Assembly: GCA_965552055.1 (NCBI GenBank)
Contig: CBEVQO010000001.1
Coordinates: 64,001-128,000, forward strand
Direction: 5' to 3'
DNA from: an uncultured bacterium
GTDB taxonomy: Bacteria; Hydrothermota; UBA3073; NMUJ01; CBEVQO01
Length of the DNA: 64,000 nt
Part shown: in pieces, positions 58,380 to 64,000 of the stretch
Numbering within the stretch: position 1 is the first letter of the stretch
Layout: each line of letters opens with the position of its first letter
Program-made: the position numbers and the translations under genes
The notes under the pieces: generated by a model
The model's input: the letters and a program-made list of their open reading frames with translations, nothing else
Database searches by the model: none
Told to the model about the DNA's origin: nothing

Positions 58380-58720
58380 TATGCTGTGCGTAAAAACATA
58401 CCTATAATCGCAGCTATTATCGTTATTATGCCAACAGGAACCTGGAAGCCAGCAAGTGTTTCTGCTGTCTTTTGAGCTGCTTCCTCTGTCTTGGGTATCA
58501 TTTTTAGAAGATCAAGGATGAGGAAAAACCCGGATACCAAGCCCATAATTGCTGGAAATATCAGACGGGCAGTTTTAAAACTTGAAAGCCCAACGAGTAT
58601 TACCACTATTCCTATCGGCAATTTCAAGCCTGTTAACGCTTTGTCCGTCTCCCTGAAGGCTTCAACATTACGCAATAAACTCATTACGAGAATTAAACCT
58701 CCAAGTAATAGAAACTCCAT
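58379..58720 (-). CDS. Hypothetical 4-TM membrane protein with internal duplication
   Basis: Repeated L(T/A)G(L/F)(K/Q)(L/V)P(I/V)GI halves; SD present. Confidence 0.75.
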   Translation of the reverse strand: MEFLLLGGLILVMSLLRNVEAFRETDKALTGLKLPIGIVVILVGLSSFKTARLIFPAIMGLVSGFFLILDLLKMIPKTEEAAQKTAETLAGFQVPVGIITIIAAIIGMFLRTA

Positions 58721-58737
58721 CTTACCCCCTTTTATAA

Positions 58738-58764
58738 ATTATATTCAAAATTTCTATTTGTCAA
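58738..58764 (-). promoter_or_regulatory. Promoter TTGACA-N15-TATAAT
   Basis: Both boxes perfect: 58759-58764 and 58738-58743. Confidence 0.8.
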
Positions 58765-58766
58765 CT

Positions 58767-59573
58767 TTATCTTTCTTTTAAACCTCCCCAGTTTAATTTT
58801 GTCCGTAAAATATTATAAAATGAATATTTCGTTGACCTTATAATCTTTATTTTATAATGTGCCTTTTTTACACTAAAATAACAGCCTTCAGGGATAGGTT
58901 CCCTTTGTTGACCATCGGCTACAATAACTCCATGTTCTTTTATGAGTTTAATTTTCACGATAGATTTTGAGTCGATAACTAAGGGTCTTGCTCCTAGAGT
59001 ATGCGGGCAGATGAAATTTATTAAAATTGCGTCGAGAGATGGATGAACTATGGGTCCCATTGCAGATAACGAATAGGCGGTTGAGCCTGTTGGCGTGCTC
59101 ACGATTACACCGTCTAATGAAAATGTAGAAAGGAATTCATCATTTATATAAATGCTCGTAGTAAGCATCCTTCCTGTTCCTGTACCTATGAGGACAATAT
59201 CGTTAAGACCATATAACTTTTTGCCATCAAAATTTGCTTCAAGTACCATTTTCTCTTCTACTTTGTAATTTCCCTTTAAAATATTTTCAAGTGCGTGATA
59301 AAGGGTTACTACCTGAATATCGGTAAGGAAGCCGAGTTTCCCCAGGTTCACTCCGCAAATTAATTTACCCTTCTCGCCCACTATACGGGCTGCTCGTAAA
59401 AGAGTGCCATCTCCTCCCATCGCAAGAATTATGTCACATTCATCAACCAGTAATTCTTTAGCTTCATCCAGCATGTAAACTTCCACACCTTTTGATTTCA
59501 GCCATTTTATAACTTCCGGTATAATCTTCTTTGCAAGCTCTTTTTCAGGATTAAAAATTATGCCTATTTTCAT
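58767..59573 (-). CDS. nadK: NAD kinase
   Basis: GGDGTLL, NLGKLGFL, LND, DGVIVSTPTGSTAYSLS. Confidence 0.95.
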   Translation of the reverse strand: MKIGIIFNPEKELAKKIIPEVIKWLKSKGVEVYMLDEAKELLVDECDIILAMGGDGTLLRAARIVGEKGKLICGVNLGKLGFLTDIQVVTLYHALENILKGNYKVEEKMVLEANFDGKKLYGLNDIVLIGTGTGRMLTTSIYINDEFLSTFSLDGVIVSTPTGSTAYSLSAMGPIVHPSLDAILINFICPHTLGARPLVIDSKSIVKIKLIKEHGVIVADGQQREPIPEGCYFSVKKAHYKIKIIRSTKYSFYNILRTKLNWGGLKER

Positions 59574-61504
59574 TTATATTTCAGCAAAAATTTTATTTCC
59601 CTCTCAAGGATATCTTTTTTTACCATTCCAACATGCCTGAACTGTATTTTACCTTCTCTATCGATTAGAAAATGTTGTGGTATTGCGTAAATTTTGTAAT
59701 CTAAGAATACGGAATAATCTGCGATGCATACCCTGTATTTGAACTCGTTTTCCCTTAAAAATTCCTCAAGTGCCTCTTTGTCACCGCTTGTTATCGCAAT
59801 GAATACTACATCTTCGTTTTTAAACTCATCTACAATTTTATTCAACTCCGGAATTTCTTCGACACAGGGACCGCACCATATCGAGAAGAAATTTAGCACG
59901 CAAACTTTGCCTTTAAAATCGGACAATTTAATGCGATTACCTTGTAAATCAACTGCTGTGAAATCTTTAATCTTCTGGTTTAATAAAACATTTTTAAAAT
60001 AAGAGAGAAACTGCTCTTCCAGAAATTTATCAAAATCTTTTTCTGATTTGCCGAGTTTTTTGTAAACTTCGAGGATTTTCATCTTCAATGTTTCGTTTTC
60101 TGGCTGTTTTAAATACAACTTTGTCAGACCATCTAAAACTTCTTTCCATTTTTTGTTTTTCTTTTTAATCTCAATGAAATGCATAAGGATATCTTCTGCT
60201 GGCTCTTTGTTTGCGATTTTTAATAATGAAAAAGTTTTGTCAATCAGGCTGTCGGCTTTTGCATAAGCATTTTGCTTGAAAAATATCCATGCATAAGTAT
60301 CGTAGAAACTCGCTTTTGCTTCGTAAAACATGGAAAATCTTTCTTCAGGTGGCAGGGAGAAATATTTTTTCCTGTAAGTATTGAAATCCAATAGGTCTAT
60401 GCCTTTCTCAATTGTTCTTCTGGCTTCATGTAGATTATGACCATCTATCGCACATCTGTAAGCATAAAGGTTATAAAATGAAGCGTCATCCGGGAATCTT
60501 TTTATTCCCTCTTTATATTTTCCAAGCACTTTTAAAATGACTTTTGAATAGTAAGAATCCGGATATTTATCGAGGAATTTAAGCAATCTGTATTTTGAAA
60601 TCCTGCCCCTTTTAACTTTTTCTGTCAGATACAGAAAATATACCTCATCTGCGCCTTTGGCATCGGGATATTTTTTTATGAATTTTTCACATAAATCAAT
60701 TGGTACCGCGTTCATAGTATATTTGCCGATAATGAGAACATATTGCGGGATAAGGAACTTCTCCGCAGGATTATCACCGATTTTTTCTATTATTCTGTCA
60801 GCAAAAGCTTTTCTTAATCCGGGATTCTTAATGCTTAAAAGACATCTTGCAAAAAGAGAGGATAATTTTTTATCGGATGGAAATTCCTTTGCATACTTGA
60901 TCAAAAATTTCTGTACAGAATCGAGTTCACCGAGCTCGGAGTAAAGTAACACAAGAGAATAAAGTTTGTAATGCAGAGAATCCTTTAACGATTTTACCTT
61001 TTGAATCCTATCTTCAATTTTGCCTTCAAGATAAAGATATGCTTCTGCATTCCATGGATATAGTTTTAGTTCCCTTTCAATGTATTTCTTGGCTTCTTTA
61101 CGAAGCTTTTTCGATAGTAATTTCTTTGCGTAAGCTAAATTTGAACCGGGTACGGGGACACCGTTTGTATCGGTTATAAGAAAAATGTAGCCGAGACCTT
61201 TGTTATCGTCATAAGAGCCGGAATCGTTTTCGAATTTTAAACAGAGCAACTTCGCATCTTCCGGTATATAAATCTTATAATAAAAACCTTCTTCATCTTT
61301 TCTCATATAATCTGCATTTCTGTAAATCGTATCGCTTTCTATTTCGTATAATATTGCTATTTTATAATCCTTTTTGATTCTTGCCTTCCAGCTCTTTGTG
61401 TTATATCGCACTGTAGATGTATCTCCCCGTATGGTGTGCTTAACGAATACAGGAGAACGAAAGCACCCTATAATCAGTGGTAAAAAAATTAAAAAATATC
61501 TCAT
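59570..61504 (-). CDS. Lipoprotein with TPR-like helices and C-terminal TlpA/redoxin domain
   Basis: LIIG|C lipobox; C-terminal LSDFKGKV...WCGPC...IP...IDREG. Confidence 0.8.
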   Translation of the reverse strand: MRYFLIFLPLIIGCFRSPVFVKHTIRGDTSTVRYNTKSWKARIKKDYKIAILYEIESDTIYRNADYMRKDEEGFYYKIYIPEDAKLLCLKFENDSGSYDDNKGLGYIFLITDTNGVPVPGSNLAYAKKLLSKKLRKEAKKYIERELKLYPWNAEAYLYLEGKIEDRIQKVKSLKDSLHYKLYSLVLLYSELGELDSVQKFLIKYAKEFPSDKKLSSLFARCLLSIKNPGLRKAFADRIIEKIGDNPAEKFLIPQYVLIIGKYTMNAVPIDLCEKFIKKYPDAKGADEVYFLYLTEKVKRGRISKYRLLKFLDKYPDSYYSKVILKVLGKYKEGIKRFPDDASFYNLYAYRCAIDGHNLHEARRTIEKGIDLLDFNTYRKKYFSLPPEERFSMFYEAKASFYDTYAWIFFKQNAYAKADSLIDKTFSLLKIANKEPAEDILMHFIEIKKKNKKWKEVLDGLTKLYLKQPENETLKMKILEVYKKLGKSEKDFDKFLEEQFLSYFKNVLLNQKIKDFTAVDLQGNRIKLSDFKGKVCVLNFFSIWCGPCVEEIPELNKIVDEFKNEDVVFIAITSGDKEALEEFLRENEFKYRVCIADYSVFLDYKIYAIPQHFLIDREGKIQFRHVGMVKKDILEREIKFLLKYK

Positions 61505-61510
61505 CATTTT

Positions 61511-61537
61511 AATTTAAATACTTTACGGGTATGTCAA
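61511..61537 (-). promoter_or_regulatory. Leaderless promoter TTGACA-N15-TAAATT-N6-ATG
   Basis: -35 at 61532-61537 (contains the MMPL gene's TGA), -10 at 61511-61516, ATG at 61504. Confidence 0.72.
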
Positions 61538-64000
61538 GTTTTTTGTCGATTTAAAAGTGAAGGAATAACAGTTATTGCTCCTAAGCTCGCGGTAATCATA
61601 GTTATTGCGATTAATAGACCGAATGTGCGCAATGGAACTAGTTGTGCAAATAAAAGGGTAAGGAAGCCAGCGCAAACAGACAATGCATTGAAAAGAATAG
61701 CCCTGCCCGTGCCTGTAATAGCAGGTCTTATTCCATCTTGTCTCATACGGGCAATAAAGTGGATTGTATAATCAATACCTATTCCTATTGCAAGTGAGGC
61801 AACAAATACAGTTATGGGATTTAAGCCAAGATTCGCCCAGCCCATCAATCCAAAGTTTATAAGAAGTGAAATCGAAATAGCCGAAAGCGATAATAAACCA
61901 TATTTTAGAGACCTCAAGAGGTAAGATGTCATAAGAAAAGTAAGGAAAAGAGTGAAAAACATACTTATCAATTGAGTGCGCGTTAACTTTTTGTGAACCT
62001 CAAGGCTCACGATGGGTCCCCCTGTTGCCTCCATTAATAAATCATTTTCTTCTGGTATATTAAACAGGTAAAGCCATGTAGCGCAATACAATTCTTTGTA
62101 AAATTGACTATCGTCATCTGGATTTATACCGATTTCACCGAAATCTTTCATAAATTGTGAAACTTTATACATCTTTATAAATTCAGCAAGACGAATCGAA
62201 AAACTTTCGCTCAAAAGTTGCACATCTTCTTCAAAATAGCCTTTTAAAATTCTCTTCAATTTATTAAAAATAGCATCCGAACTCAAATTATTCTTTATCA
62301 TAAGATTATAAAGTGCATGCGAAATTTTGTTTATCAAAATCTCATCCTCGATGTAAATCTCTGATTCTTCTGATGTGAGATAATCTTTAACGAATTTTTT
62401 AACCATGTTAAAATCGGGATTTTTCAAATTTCTTTTTTCTTTACGAAGGAATGTGAATAATTTCAAAGTATCAATTTCTTTGTCAAAACCTTTCAAAACA
62501 AGATAAATATTGTATTCCGGGGTGAAATTTTTATTTTCTCTTAAAAATTTATCGAGCTCCTCTTTTATTACTATTTCGTCCGAAGTTTTTAATGCTTCTG
62601 TTGTTGCAGATACAATTGCCTCTTTTTTATCGGATGTCAGCATTTGGCTTAATTCTCCTCTTCCTGACATAAAGAATAATAAATTTTCTGCTTCAAGTTT
62701 GCTTTCTGGCAGGGTATATCTTCCATTCATTTTATAATTCATTTCGCAAAGGATACTTGCTATTGAATTTGGATTATGAAGTCCTTTCACCTGTCTCATG
62801 AACCATTCTGCCTGCTTCATTTTGTAAAGAGTATAAGGATTTAAAATATCGCCTTTGAAATAAATATCAACGGGTACTGCTCCTCCAAATTTATCCCTTA
62901 CAAGGTCGATTCCCTTTCTTAACTCACATCCTTTTGGTAAATATTCTTCAAGATTGGTTTCGGTGTGAATACGAGGAATACCTGCTATCGCCACGATACT
63001 CACTATAAGCGCTGTTAAAGAGATAACCTTTGACCTTTTGGAAACAAAATCATAAATTTTATTAAGAAGGAGCCTAAAAGATAACTCCTTTGACTCAGCT
63101 GGTCGTGTAAAAGATAAAATTGAAGGCAAAAGTGTTATAGTAAGTAAAAACGAAAATAATACTCCCAATCCTGTAAACATTCCAAAATCTCTGATTATTT
63201 TAAGGTCAGATGTAAGGAATGACATAAATCCAATAAATGTTGTTAAAGCAGCGAGCAAAACTGGCAGAAATACTTCTTTTAAAGCGATTAAAACATTTTT
63301 ATCTTCGTCATAGCGATTTATGAGATGTATCCCGTAAGCAGTTCCTATCGCAATGAGCAAAACAGGCACGGTATCCGAAGCCATGGTAATTGGTCTCTTA
63401 AAAATGCTCATCAAACCGAAAACCCATATAACAGAAAGTGCACTCGAAAGCAAAGGAAGAAGAACTCCTCTTATAGACCTGAAACACAAAAATAAAATTA
63501 AAGGAATAATCATTATCACAAGCAAAATCAGAATTCTTAAATCTTTAATTATTAACTTTTTAACCTGTATCATCGCAAAGGGTGTCCCTGTATAATAAAA
63601 TTTGTATCCTTTTTCATATTTCTTTGCTATATTCATTATTTTTCTTGCTACAGAGATTTTATCTGCATGCTCCGAGAATTGACAGATGATAGCGGTATAA
63701 CGACAGTCAGGGGATACAACTTTGCCTCTGTACATCTCTTTGCTTAAAACATAATCCCTTATCTTATATAAACTATCCTGGGAGATTTCGTCTTCGCCTA
63801 TCAGGTCACTTACTTCAATTCCTCCTGGTATTCTTTTTATATCCATCATATTGACTATGCTCATAACATTTGAAATTCCCTGAACGAGTTTTATCTCTTT
63901 TACGAGTTTTCTTATCATATCTATTACTTCTTTTTTGAAGATATCGTCTGCTTCTATTATTATAAGTCCCATGTAATTTCCGCCAAATTTTTCTCCTATT
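61534..64000 (-). CDS. MMPL/RND family transporter (5' end outside the window)
   Basis: Two TM bundles, AIGTAYGIH and GIGIDYTIH motifs; frame stays open to the window edge (IGEKFGGNYMG). Confidence 0.88.
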   Translation of the reverse strand, partial: IGEKFGGNYMGLIIIEADDIFKKEVIDMIRKLVKEIKLVQGISNVMSIVNMMDIKRIPGGIEVSDLIGEDEISQDSLYKIRDYVLSKEMYRGKVVSPDCRYTAIICQFSEHADKISVARKIMNIAKKYEKGYKFYYTGTPFAMIQVKKLIIKDLRILILLVIMIIPLILFLCFRSIRGVLLPLLSSALSVIWVFGLMSIFKRPITMASDTVPVLLIAIGTAYGIHLINRYDEDKNVLIALKEVFLPVLLAALTTFIGFMSFLTSDLKIIRDFGMFTGLGVLFSFLLTITLLPSILSFTRPAESKELSFRLLLNKIYDFVSKRSKVISLTALIVSIVAIAGIPRIHTETNLEEYLPKGCELRKGIDLVRDKFGGAVPVDIYFKGDILNPYTLYKMKQAEWFMRQVKGLHNPNSIASILCEMNYKMNGRYTLPESKLEAENLLFFMSGRGELSQMLTSDKKEAIVSATTEALKTSDEIVIKEELDKFLRENKNFTPEYNIYLVLKGFDKEIDTLKLFTFLRKEKRNLKNPDFNMVKKFVKDYLTSEESEIYIEDEILINKISHALYNLMIKNNLSSDAIFNKLKRILKGYFEEDVQLLSESFSIRLAEFIKMYKVSQFMKDFGEIGINPDDDSQFYKELYCATWLYLFNIPEENDLLMEATGGPIVSLEVHKKLTRTQLISMFFTLFLTFLMTSYLLRSLKYGLLSLSAISISLLINFGLMGWANLGLNPITVFVASLAIGIGIDYTIHFIARMRQDGIRPAITGTGRAILFNALSVCAGFLTLLFAQLVPLRTFGLLIAITMITASLGAITVIPSLLNRQKT

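Noticed and set aside
1361..63595. Many 60-190-aa ORFs antisense to or nested within confident genes (e.g. 21618-22187, 29858-30340, 44136-44606)
   Set aside because: Shadow ORFs with no motifs, promoters or SD sites.

Overview
Gene-dense, AT-rich bacterial chromosomal segment with about 55 CDSs and one tRNA-Gln(CTG). I see no prophage, transposase, integrase, rRNA or CRISPR array. Lys/Glu-rich proteins suggest a thermophile. T9SS-type C-terminal domains, a PorV-like gene and LolCD point to a diderm FCB-adjacent lineage, possibly WOR-3-like (inference). Housekeeping genes sit in functionally scrambled operons (ileS, lysS, lspA, tilS, truA, nadC, nadK, ribBA, lipA, deoC, pyrC, coaX, mcsAB, Ktr/Trk, an orphan V-ATPase A subunit, PBP2), mixed with uncharacterised envelope proteins. 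The strongest unexplained signal is regulatory. All 20 transcription units that begin in the window carry a perfect TTGACA, and the -10 hexamer lies 15 bp downstream (16 bp in two cases), not the canonical 17. About 13 of them appear to produce leaderless mRNAs, often with GTG starts. Convergent genes overlap or abut with no visible terminators. Other points of interest: a FecR/Ca-repeat/beta-barrel gene coupled to an atypical nucleotide cyclase-TPR gene, a STAS-HATPase fusion, a degenerate pilin/PilMN cluster, dense Bacteroidota-type O-glycosylation sequons in secreted proteins, a tRNA wedged inside an mRNA, a structured ~290-bp intergenic region and a frameshifted remnant behind a perfect promoter. 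All calls come from motif reading by eye; no database searches were run.
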